A stretch of 47,206 bases of DNA, the filler included, from Sphacelaria rigidula (taxonomy: Eukaryota): NCBI GenBank assembly GCA_964200075.2. It is 2 parts of 2 records of this genome, joined end to end, with 100 filler letters (N's around TTAATTAATTAA, not from the genome) between each part and the next. Parts side by side here need not be neighbours in the genome. Positions count along the whole stretch, not along the records: positions 23,672 to 47,206 come from CAXNAA020000258.1; 1 more part is not named here. The stretch is one strand, 5' to 3'. The notes under the pieces are model-generated. The model was not told the origin of the DNA and did not search any database. It saw nothing but the letters and a program-made list of their open reading frames with translations. The translations under genes were made by a program, and so were the position numbers. Below, one piece after another: positions 34,301 through 46,766 of this stretch. Position 1 is the stretch's first letter; each line of letters starts with the position of its first letter.

Positions 34301-37300
34301 AGAAGTTCCCGCCAGCACGATTAACTTAGGTACACCCTCTCGTATAGTCTGTGCCGAAAATATCTCTCACCTGTGGATTTTTGTACGATTCGCCTGCCCT
34401 ATGAAGAACCCACGTCAGAGCGCAACCCGGCATTGTTAGAATCGTTCGCTCTCGAACTTTGTCAACGCTGCTGTCGAATGAAAATATGTGAAGCTAACCC
34501 ACCTTTGCAAGGCCTCCCGTTGTCTTTCCGCGCCTTCTTCGCCAGCATCAACATCTTCTCCGACACACGACGGTGTGGGGGTACTGCCGACAGCGACGCT
34601 CGGCGTGCCTCGTGAGGCCCTAGGTGACATGCAGCCGTTGGACACGCCCATACCCTTTGCACTCACCGCTGCGGGCACTGTCGCGGACCAGTTCGTCTGT
34701 GGCAGTGCGCGGGGCACATCAGCCGATGCCGGGTATTATTGAGACGTACTACTCAGAAGGAAACCAAACCGCACATCTAAGTTAACGCCGCGTATGATAT
34801 TATGTGTTGATTTTCACCCTAGTCAGCAACATGCACGGGGCGTTTTGGGCATGTAGTACAGGTAACATGTGCACCTTGGCGTGATTCAGACTTCCCCAGG
34901 CGCGTGTAGATGTGGGTGGGGAAAGGACCAACCCCACGTCACCCCCGGCAGGAAACACATTCCGACTCTATCCTAGTAGAGGCACAAGGATATAACATGT
35001 TGGTATGGTTGGTGTTCCTTGGTTCCTGAGTTCGACCCTATTTCTACTGGCTTCGCTTGTCGGGTAGAAACGTTGGGCTCTTCCTTCCGTAGTTCGAATG
35101 GTCGCCTGCGGCACTGGATCTTATTAAATTAACAATATCTTTTTTAGTTGTATCGCGTCTGTGAGTTTTTTACGAGTACTGTTTTATTTGACTTGATTTC
35201 CTTATACCTTATTGTTGGGGAGTTACCTTGTGACCATGGAACGCGTCCGCGTCAGATGCCAAGTGCAGAAATGGAAGTACTGCGCAGGTATCGGGACAGT
35301 TTTTTATGTGAAGACAACAGCAACAACAACAATCCCGTTGTAGACAAGTGCCACAGCTGCGCGTAGAATGGGCATGACCAGCAGGCAAGCGTATGATTTT
35401 CGTGATCTTACCGCGTCTGTCTTTGCTCCAGCGCCAAACAGAAACGTGCGGAGGTTGCCAGTGTTTCCCGCCAGTCTCCTTTCTAGATTCGATCCTCGCC
35501 CACGGTTACTGGCATCCTCTTTTAACCATCGCCTGTGAAGACATATGTATAACAGCCACCTCTAAAACTCATGCGTTCAGCTCTGGAGCGAAACTGACGG
35601 CTTAATAGGGTCGTCGGTCAGAGGTATGAGATCCCAGCGTGTCGCATCACCATGCGTTCAACTTGCAGCCACTGGGCTTCCCAAGCAGGCACGTGCAACC
35701 GCCTGAATTTCTTGTAGCCCATTGTATTTCTCGTCTCACCTTCGAGCGAAGTCAATTCCTTCCGCCTCCCGCTCGAGAGCAACAACTCTGGACTGCATCA
35801 TTCAATTAATTGGACACACATACAACACAGAAGACAAGCAGAGTGGTCGCAGGCGCTACGGTGTGAGTGTCAACATGGGTGCTGCGAGCGTACCAGCCAG
35901 CTGTCAGATATACCTTATTGCCAACATTTGCGCATAATGCACGCCAGTGCTGGCCTTTGCTGCTACCTACCTACTACCCTCCCCTCCCCCCCCAAAAAAT
36001 TAATGCAGAGGACGGTGACTACAAGCTCCTCAGGTTCGATCTGCAGTTGAGCAAAGCTGTATTGTGTCTGCCCCGGGTGAAATTGTCAGTTGTATACCGA
36101 GGTGTCGGCATTGTTAAGACTCCACAACAGCCACTGCCTTGAGAAAGTTTCAGATAATCAGCGACTCCCATTGCCATTCGAGTTTTGGACTTGGTGCCTA
36201 CCGATCACGGCTCTTGTCATGAAAACACTGGTCTTCAACGCCCTTCCGTTCATGTGTCCTCTTCCTTACTCCTCGTGCCCTTGTATCTACCTACCCGTCA
36301 TGGTGCACATGCTGGAAAGTGAGAATCGTGTGGAAGAGAAGGTTGAATTTGGCCCCGACAAACAGTTTACGCCCTCACCTGTAGCTTCAACTTTTCGGCG
36401 TGCTGAGTGCGCAGCGCCGCGTGGAGCTCTTCGGCCAATTGCCTCATCTCCTCCAGTTCACGGTTTAGCTCTTCCACCTGATGACAGGAAGAAAGAGAAT
36501 ACGGGATCACCAAGCGGAATAATGGAAACATCTATCAGATTGCTCCTCAAAGGTTCCAGCACCATATGGCTTGCCTCCTGATGAACAATCAACAGCGCGC
36601 ACCATCACTCGCTAGGCGGGCGGGGAGACCTGACCCAGCATTCAAATATGCGGAACATTCCCCACGCCCTATCTTCAAGCATCCTTCGTGGCCCTGATCG
36701 CTGCTGAAGCTACGACCACCCGTCCTCAGTTCGCACTCATTCTTGCTGCTATGCCAACCACTAAACGACCGAGTCGAACATTCGTCAGGCGCAAATAATA
36801 GACGTTAGTGAGTACACTGCCGTAATGACCACTAAACTACAGAGCCGAACATACCTGCGATGGACATCTGTCATATTCCGAGATTAGCCGCGTTGGATAA
36901 CACGTTTCTGCGACGAAAAATTGGATCATACCCTCTCCTTTACGGGTTGCCGACACGTGCGTATTTTCTGCACGACTCCCTCACCTCCTGCGCGCGAATA
37001 CCCGCCGCGGTCTGGAGAAGTATCTCCTGCCCATGGAAGCTATTGACAAATCGTTTGTTACCTCCGTGCCTGCACCCAACCGGCAAAGAAACGAACGTTC
37101 ATTGCTCAATCCCACTACGGTATACACGGCATCTGCTACATTTGAGTGATGCCTGACGTGGCCGAAATTTCTAGCTAAGCAGCAAGTATCGTCGATCAGT
37201 CTTTCTCTAAGCAATATCGTCTTTGCCTCTTGACAGCTGTATGCTATATGGTAAACATATTGTGAAAGACTGGGTATAACGACAATGTTGAAGGGTTAAG

Positions 37301-38703
37301 CAAAGGCGCATTCCTACCAGTGAAATGAGTACTCCTTAGCTTATTTAGCGAGTGTTTTAGTTTTGTTTTTCCTGGGTATGTCTATCATGAGACCACGGGT
37401 GGACCCCTGGGGGGTCAGTTGAAGTGCGATAACCAATCAATTAATCAATCAAAATTACCTCAACACGGCGTACTCCTTCCATTTGCGAAGCCCAAAGTCG
37501 CGGGGTGAGAGTCGGATTGGTACTTTCGTCCGTTCCTCAAGACTCTCTTCAGATAATCGTCGCTCTGGCTTGGTATCATCCGCCATCCAGTTTCTAAGTT
37601 CCTCTACGGTTCGCCTAGATTTCCTGTCTTGATTGGTCATTTCTGTCGCTGACAACCGAGACTCCGGCCCACTCTGGACATTGATTGGTCCCCCGCGCGT
37701 ACGACCGTTGTGACTTTTCGCTTCCTCTCGTCCTTGCTTTCTGGAATTCCTACCCCAGTCATCGGCTGGCGATGTCTCGGCGTGTCTCTGATGAGATGTT
37801 CCTCTGGTTTCGACGTTTTTCTTCGTCACGTCGACATCAAGAAGGTGCAAGGCTTCTCGATATGTTGGAAATTCCGACTCGTGATCGCGAGAATACGCTT
37901 TGGCTGGTGCGGATAGCGGTCGCTGTCTTCGTTTGTCTGCCGCAGCATGACTTTGATCCCGTGAATCGCTTTCTTCGTGGCCTGGGCATTTCCCAGAGTT
38001 GTATCGCCCGAAGCTGGAGGTGATCACCGCTGCTTTATCCTGGGGATGGCCCGCAGCGGATGCTCTGTAACAGCAAAGCGCAGAGAAACGACCGTGGGAT
38101 GAGATCTGACAGGCAACATACAAGGACTCTGATAGGTGTTTGGTTCTTAATGCTCCGACATCCGGCATGCAAGATCCGTGCTTTCTTATTTCGAACAGGA
38201 CGTCGCTGCCACCATTCATTGTGTTCAGCCGTAAGCACCCTTCATTGGGTCGTTCTTAGCCATCGCGTGGTGCTCATGTGTACATTGGTGATCGTTCGAC
38301 TTGCGGAATCGATAAGCGCATGCATCCAACAGCAATAATAGAAGCTCTCTTCAGCACCGAAATTCAGACACCATGCACACATACACCAGTGCAGCTCGAA
38401 AAGAGACCTGAGCGGCATTGCGACAGGTTCCCGCGTCTGGGCTCCACTTTTGGAACAACTCCCTCTCCGTTGTTGCAGGTACGATGGTGACAGGGACGTC
38501 GAACTTCGTCCAGCCGTTGCCCCGCCTCCAAGGCCCGTTTCCTCACGACAGTTCCTGGGGTCACATGATGATCGCGGCGTGGAAAGCGGGGTCATGTTTC
38601 CACTGGTGATATTGCCTTCGCTGCCGCCTGCAGACACATCTCCGGCGGGGAATATGCTGCTACTGGAGCTGGAGCTTCCCCCGCCCTGGTCAGAATCCGT
38701 CAT
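31347..38703 (-). CDS. Uncharacterised multi-exon protein with central coiled-coil segments and long low-complexity termini
   Basis: Phase-compatible exons: 38703-38408, 38064-37459, 37236-37158, 37026-36985, 36477-36379 (VEELNRELEEMRQLAEELHAAL), then tentative 36290-36202, 35787-35740, 35532-35412 and probably one more exon, then 34619-34503, 33846-33789, 33405-33325 (KVSRIEKLKLEVKKLEAERDGLRR), 33129-32998, 32700-32617 and 32225-31347. The middle exons and the 3' end are uncertain. Confidence 0.62.
37391..37452 (+). mobile_element. Retroposon 3' tail with (AATC)n, antisense within an intron
   Basis: GACCACGGGTGGACCCCT...AAGTGCGATAACCAATCAATTAATCAATC, related to ~14933-15004. Confidence 0.5.
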
Positions 38704-39376
38704 ATCTAACTCGTCGAAAGACTCCCTCTTTTATCAACGTGCATGTGCTTGACACATTCTACAAGAACAAACAGAGCGCGCACCGCTCATCCGTTTGGTG
38801 GACGTTGCCATTCAGCATTGCGTATAGTACAGGCGCGAATGATTTGGAAGCTGTGTTCCGTTCCATGCTGCTTTACATAACCCGGGCAAGGCTACTGTAC
38901 TCGGCGCACTCATCAAATTAATAGACAAACGTTGAAACATTTCCCGCCGGTTCTTGCTCTCTGCTGTGTGCAGCAAACAGTAACCGTCATATGATGTTGA
39001 CATCATGTCATACTCCAAACTTGGAACGGTGCTGGCTGCGGTAGGCGCGTTGCTGGAAATCGCTTTGCATAGTTTCTTGCTTGCGCGGGGCTTGAGGTCT
39101 GTGGCGGACGACCTTGCATTGTCCCGTACATTTACAACTTCCAGTGTTCCTCAGTCCGACACACATCGTTTGTCGTGGACCTCCATTGAGGGCGTGACAA
39201 GCGAAAGACGGGGTCCTGACAGGTAGAGGACCCACAAGGTTCATTCTGTCCTGAAAGCGGGTGTATCGCAGCACATATTGTGTGAGACACGCTAGTCGCC
39301 GCCCGTTGCGTCGGTGCATCGCATAGAGTACAGCAGCGCAAACACTGTAGCTACATAGGGAGCGCAAAAGGCACAG

Positions 39377-39565
39377 ATGAATGATCGATTGGGTGAGCTA
39401 ACGGGGGGGAGATCTTCGCGTGGGTCGGCTCCTTTTGAGATTGCGATTGATATCAACGACACTGGAGATGGAGGAGCGCCGCAGCAGCAGGGACAGCAGG
39501 GGTTCATGGAAGGGTTTTTCGATAAGGTCAACTTGGTCAAGAAGGACATAGATGTTATCAAGAAG
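39377..39565 (+). CDS. Syntaxin exon 1
   Basis: ATG at 39377 and AAG|GTGAGT donor. Confidence 0.88.
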
Positions 39566-42500
39566 GTGAGTCGGTGCTGTGCAGCGGTGGGCTGGTGGTA
39601 GCTATGATGGTAGGCGTATTTTCTTTATGATACCCGTGTTGCTACACAGGTAAACTCGTGCAAGCGATTTATCGCTCTCGTGTCAACGGGGACATTTACA
39701 TGTACTGTAGTCCAAGCGGGACAATCAGAAAGCTCGTGTCACTGCGCAACTGGCTCCTGTACTTCGCAGGTACTGGTACAGACAGTGTACGGCAGTCCCC
39801 GAACTTGACTCTATTGTGCTTTGCAGGCACATGCGCGTTGCCATGTTTATTCCGCCTAGTTTGGCATAGTTCCGCCTAGTCTGGCATCACTTTCACCACC
39901 TCATTGCGAATCCAAGCAAGCGACAGGTTGCTCTACGGCTTCTGAGTTGTGGTATCAACCCGTCGCTATCCCAAAATTGTTCTGCAAAGATGAATCCTGA
40001 CAACAGTGCAAGTATCGTATGTCAAGTATCGTGCGGTAGTAGGATTCCGGAAAATGCTGGGATCGTTGTATTGGTGCTTCTGGACTACACTCCTATGCAG
40101 TGGTGCGCTGCTTGCTTCCTTATATAGTGCACATATCCCCCAGAGCACCCCCTGCACTCCCCTTGCCCGAGGGTTCGCGTTTGCCTTCGGTTGGAGTTGG
40201 GGTCACTCAGGGCAGTGTTACTCAAAACCATAAATTTCCGATAATGTTCTGTAACCCTTTGACTCTGAGCCTCGCCTCAGAACAGTTTCGCCCTGACGAT
40301 CCAGGGACATCTGGGGTTTCTAGGGGGCGGGGAGGAGGGGGGGGGGTCTACTGGCGAGGGGGGAAGGGGGCTGTTTGCAAAACAACCCTTCGAAGCTCGC
40401 GAAGTCAACCATGCGTATTTCGAAGTTTCCCACGGAGAATCCTAACCAAGGAACGAGGCCCGAAATGAGGCGAGCGACCATTTCGATGGTTGTGATTGGT
40501 CAGGCAGGTTCTTACCGAAGGGCATTAGACCGCTTCTTGCTTCTTGTACCAAAGTAAAAATCCTGTAAAACTGCATTTTTTGTCCTTCCGTGTCGTTTTA
40601 CGCCGTAAAAGAGGGGTGGGCGGATTTTGACAACAAGAAATGACTTGCTATACTCGCTAGGACGGTTTCAGGACACCTTTGCGTTTTCCGGTGGCCGCAG
40701 TTTGTTGTTTGCCAAACGTTCATTTTTGTTCAAAAGACTGTCGAAGCAGTTTTTCTAGCTTTGACCGTTTTTTTCCCGTTGCGGGACAGAAAATGGGACA
40801 GGAATTCTAATTTGGCAAAAAAAAACTGCGCCCACCGGAAAGCGCCAAGGTGTCCTGAAATCATCGCAACGAGTAGAGCACTTCATTCCAAGGTTTCAAA
40901 ACCCGCCTGACCCTCTTGTAGGGCGTGAAACTACGCAAAAGGAACCCAAATGGCAATTGTACGGGGTTTTTGTTGTTTGCCATGAAAGGCGGCCTCAACA
41001 ACAAATTGCGTCTCTCACAAATCATCGTTTCTCATCGAATTTTCAACAGATGCGAGCCAAGGTCACGCACAATGTGCCACCGATGAGCAGCTACGGCTTG
41101 AGCTTTGTGTTTTTGGTTTGCGGTGGTACTGCGTTGCTCAGGTTCACCTCTGATTGTGTTGGGTCGTGTGGCAAGTGGCAAGCCTCCGCATGTGTCCCTG
41201 TCAACAGGACATCGAATGTTCCCGTACGAGGTCTACAACAAGTTCCCTTCGCACGGGGAATTGTGTTTATCCCTATGACGCAACGGGTAAAGTCGCAGCA
41301 GCAGTACAGACAGTAAAAAGGGGATACATTTTGAGACAGTGTCATGCGCGCAGGCTCCAATCACGTTTGAGGTGTGCCAGCTCGAGTCTAACTTACCGGC
41401 GTTGTGCTACAAATGTCCTTGGTTGACACAATTTTTCAAGTATCGCTACCCCCAACCCTAACCCTAACCCCAACCCAACGCATAACGAGAACCCTTGGGC
41501 AACGGTGGTACATACGTTCCCTAGGAAAACTGCGGCCTTGGTAGACCCCAAATCAGCACCTGTGGCGCCGATTTTTACGAACACGCGTTCTGCGTACGAC
41601 AGGAGCATACAAAACTGTCAGCCCCACTCAAATTCTGATTCTCGTTGTCCACACTCAAATCAAGTAATATTAACCATGAACATTTGTAGCCCAACGCCGG
41701 TGAACTCTATTGGCCAGCCCTGCCCCGAAAGTAGCAGGAGTGCTGCAGAAGCACCGATACGAGTAAAGGATATGTATTGTTTGTATGTATTGCACCAGTG
41801 GCGGCTGCCAGCCTGCGCCACTTGCAAACCATAAAAAATATGCAACTCACGGAAACTGAAAGTTGCTCAGCGAAGACATGAATGCTGACTGACTGCAACT
41901 CAAGGGTTCTCGGAGACTATTTTCTATGCATATATGTGTTTCCAACACCCACATGTTGGTGGAGAACGGCGTTTTGTCTTTGGAACAAGCAGCTCTTCTG
42001 AAACCAAATATGGCATGTGTCACCTAAGGTCGTCTGCGGGGGGTTCGCAGTCAAAGTGTTGATAGAGTCCTTCTACAGAGTGGAAATTCCGTAGAACGAG
42101 GCAGAAATTTTACATGACCATCTTCGAGAGATCGAAATCTCATGCAGCGGAATTTACCAACCGGTTTAAGGGAGGACGACTCATGTGTCCTACCGCCAAT
42201 TATGCCGAAATAATGGCTTTTTACGTGCGAAGGCATGTTGTCGTGTGATCATGACCATATTTCAACCGCGTACATCTCTCTCACGACGATTTCAGAACCA
42301 GGCACAACTCCACACGTGGGACAATGTATGGTCAATGTCTGTGACCACGGGTTCGAGAGATCCGACTAGTGTGCGGAGAAAAATAATGAATAATAATACA
42401 TTAAAGTTGCAATAGACAAAAAATGTACCATGTGACGTATAGGCCTTTTGCAACTATTGACCATATACTGCCCAAGGTCTGCACAACTCTCACGTGACTT

Positions 42501-45500
42501 TTTCTGAACCGGTTCAGAAACCAAGACAGGTGAAAAATGTCTCACGTGACGCTGGTCATGCGAAAAGCCCTGACACCTCCAATGCATGAAGCCCATTAAA
42601 ACGGTAATACATGAAACTTGTAGGCCGAACTTGGCTGTCAAACGGTTTCAGACTCTCCTGCACAAGCTTGTTCACAGATGCTCAATATCCACGTGTTCAC
42701 GTAAACAGGCGTTTTGTCTTCTGGAAATCAGTTGTTCCGCAATCGTAAATATGTCACGGGCGATCAGAGGTGATCTCGGTGCAAGGAGGGAGGTCGCAGT
42801 CCCCGAGAGACTGTATTTTGAACTCTAATCGTGCAAAGGGATCGGAGTCTTGACGTTGAAATGCGCCGATCATGCCGCGAAGTAGCGACATGACGAAGAG
42901 GGGGCCAGGGGGTGGCCTGGTTTACGGCTTGCAGCTTTGCCAAACGCGGTGCTTTTGCGAGAACTGCAGGAAACTTAACCCTTCGGGAACCCGTTGACCT
43001 GCTTTGTTTCGTGAAACGGCATCATTTTGACCTGAAAATGATGCCAATTCACAAGAACAAATATCGTCAATGAGTTCCAAAAGGGTTAAACACCCATGAA
43101 TTGTACAGAAGGCACGATTCACTTTCTCATCAACGGCTGAGTAGTGTACGGCACGATAATGTGTGATCACTTATGCAGTGCAGACAGCAGTATGCGCCGT
43201 GACTTTCTAATGTTGTATGGCGCAGTAGTGTTTTCCATCACCTCACGAAATACGCGCTGGGGTTACTACCTACGGTCAGTACGTGTTCATACAAATGGCG
43301 ATGCCCCTGAACAGGCGGGAGGCATCGTTTGAACGTTTTTACCTTACCCTAGTACTTCATGACTCCTGTCGTCCCCCACTTCCTTTTCCGGGGACAAACT
43401 CAATGCGTGTCCTCCCCAAACAGACGTGCGAAGGGGGTGTAATTCTACGTATGAACCGTTTGTGGCCGGGCAACAATGAAGCTGAACACGTGACCAATAC
43501 CGGCGCATAGCCTTCCTTAAGTAGCGATACCTTTTGTTTCCTCAACGGAACGACAGACACCCTGGAGAAAATATTGTTCCATCCCCTCCTTGAGTATGCG
43601 CTGGGGTTACAGCCTACCGTTGGGTCCTGTAAAACACGAGTGAGAACGCCCCTGAACACCCGAGTGATCACTGAAAAGTATAGATCCTACTCGCTGATTC
43701 GAGGCCACCGTTCCCCCCCTTCCCCGACAATGACACGAACATTTATATTATCAACCATTTGCGAGTGGACTGTATGATGCTGCTGAATGCATGAGAATTC
43801 TCATCAAAACATCGACACCCTTACTATGTACCCCCAGGATAGTCAGTAGCACGACCGTTCGTTTGCGACGAGAAAAAACGGTGGATACCACCGCTGGGGA
43901 CGGCTTTTCTACTATCCCTGGAAAAACTCATGGGCTTAACCACATGAAACTTCACTAAATTTTGGACTCTTGACCAGGTCTTGAATGTACTAGAACAGCC
44001 GAAGCAGAAGCGGGGCAGCATCAGCCTGCAAATGGGTATAAATTCAAATTAAATTCAAATCAAGTGGTCAGACCCGTTGGTTCAAGTGCTAAAACGTAAT
44101 TCAGTGTGTGTGAGGCAGGACTTTACCCGACTCGGCCGCAAGTCTTTTATACCCCTATTAAGTCGATAACGTTGATGCAATGTCCATTTTTTCCCCCCGA
44201 TAACCCGTCTTGAGTACCCCGAATTAGCTATCTCAAGTGTAGAATCGTCATTTTCCAGTGAAAGAGGGGCTAACATGGCGAAAGTCGCCTCGGATTTGGC
44301 GTCTTCACTGAATTTCCAGTCGTAGTCCGTTTTTTTTGTCGAGTCACTACATGATTAGTCCCGCGAGATTTTGAACTTGATCGCGAATGTGCCCCATGGC
44401 CTGTTTCATGTTTTTCGTTGCGACCGCTACGAACGATGTGTATATGGTTTGCAGCGCGCATATAGTAACTTGCAGCATTGCTCATTCGTCTCCAACAACG
44501 GAAAACCACTCTACACAGCATGGCCATGATGGTTTCGCGCGATTCATGGTGGATTTTATGCCGTCATTCGATACTCTGAAACTGTCACATTGCACATAAA
44601 ACCGAAAGTTCTGGAATGGAATGGATTCCTCCACGGGGATTTGGTGATTTCCTCTTTGTCAAGGATAGGAAATACACCGCACGCCCCCTTCTTGTGAGCC
44701 TTTTCGTGCTTTTTCGTAAGTTGACATTTTTGTCACTAGAAGAAGGTCGTAAAGTTGATCGTCTTCCCCGATTAGCGGTAAGGTGTCCGCCATTTTCAGA
44801 TATCTCCTGTGTTGTGTCGGGTGCCCCAGCTAACAGTACAGTACCTGCAGACGATGTGTTCGTGAGTCGTACGTATGCAGTTCCGGGGGGTAGGGGCAAG
44901 AGTTCAAGTAGCGTCAGTGGGGACCATCTACACGTGACTGTGTGCTATGGATAGCTGCTAGGGTTGTGGCAACAGGGCATGCTGTGCGCGAGTCAACTCA
45001 CAATCGCCAGCGTCTTTCACGGCGAAGATGAGAAGACGTCGTACTATGTTGCTCTCATCCTAGTAGAGTTGTTTTTAATGCTCTCGCGTTTTGTTCATTA
45101 TTGTGGTGCAGCACATAACGCTCCTCGCTCCTCTCTCCTCTCTCCTCTCTTGCTCCAAATGCAGGCGTGTGCGGATCTGGACACGTTGACACAACAGGCC
45201 ACGCTGACGTCAAGTGCAACAGCAGAGGCCGACGCGAAATCTCAAATCAACCAAACAATTTCTAGGTAAGCGGACCGTCGTCTAACCGTGGACGGCTCTA
45301 CACGGATTGGTGCGTGGATTTGTGAATTTGAATCACGGTCCGACATCGTACGGTCAAGTTAGATGGCAACGCTGACTGCAGCAGGCATTTATAGTGGCCG
45401 TGCTGTCTACTAGTACAGACATGAGTCTAAATAAAGCATAGGCGCTTGTTGTGGTATACAAACAGAAGATTGCTGAGTGTCTTCTCAACCCTGCCGTACA

Positions 45501-46717
45501 TTCCAAAACTATTGATTTTAGTCGTGTGCGATGCACCTGGACTTGCTGACAGGATTTAGAGCACCACTTGCAGGGGTTGGAGGCAGTTTGAAACCCTTCT
45601 GCTTCTCACACAAACGGCACCGCTTGCTCACTTCCGCCACGGACCCCTGCCCCCACGCCATCAAATGGCGGTCGGACGTCGGCCTTACAAGCACAAATGC
45701 TCCGTGCTCATGTGGTCAATAGTCATCGATTGAGCAGTGAAGACAACCAAATAATGAAAAAATTATCCGTGACGCCTCCACCATCCGGATGACGATTGAT
45801 GGACCCATTGAAAATCCAACAATCATGTCGATCATAAGTCAGTGGAAGACATGGTAACCATGGTAAACAGTAGTAGCTATAGTCATCGCAGGGATGATAA
45901 TGACACTAAGAGTATCGTCACGAGCGACAACGATGATGATGATGATGATTGATGATACTAAGGTCTGGAGCAACTTTTGTTCTGGCATACGGGCTGCGGG
46001 CTGCAGAACATGAAAACTCCTTTCCCCCCCTCCCTCCACTACCGCGTTTCCCCTTTTCCAATTGGTAGCACGAACAACCGAGTGGCGCATGCAAAGGGGC
46101 TGTTGCAGGCGATGAGGGAGGAGACGGACGCGTTGAAAAAGGATCCTTCGAAGGCGAAACCTTCGGAAGTGCGGGTTAGAGAGAATCTGCAAAACACGCT
46201 AACGCGAAAGTTCGTGGACTTGGCCAAGGACTACCAAAACCGACAGGCAAGAGAAGAGCGAATAGACCAACCCCCCCGATCCATGTGTTTTGGATACGAT
46301 TTTGGCCAGTCGTGACCGTTAGCTTCTGGTGCCGTGCTGTTGTTTGATCGTGTACACCGACAGACGAGAGCGAGCGACTGAACACCCCAACGGATACATT
46401 CGAAGAGTGCTGCCGCTGCTCATAAAGGTCATCTTCCGATGCCGTGTCTCTCAGTTTTTTTCGTCCGACGGGAGATGGTCTTGAGTACGTTTACCAACGC
46501 GTAGACAGGCTACGTAGTCTGGGAAGGAAAATGAAACGCACCATACTCCGCGGTAGCTGGTATGGCGCTTGGTGTTTTCCAAACTTACGTACTGTACGAT
46601 TCAGCGGTATGTGAAGAATCCTCTTATTCTTATCCTACTGAAATGTAGCGTACAAGGTGATGCACTTTTGCATGTTTGATGCCCAGTCCCGCCTGGGAAA
46701 AGCTGAGCTCTCTCTTA

Positions 46718-46766
<49 letters not shown>

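Noticed and set aside
39223..39376. Possible 5'-UTR intron before the syntaxin ATG (CAG|GTAGAG ... CACAG|ATG)
   Set aside because: There is no pyrimidine tract before the AG, so it cannot be supported without transcripts.
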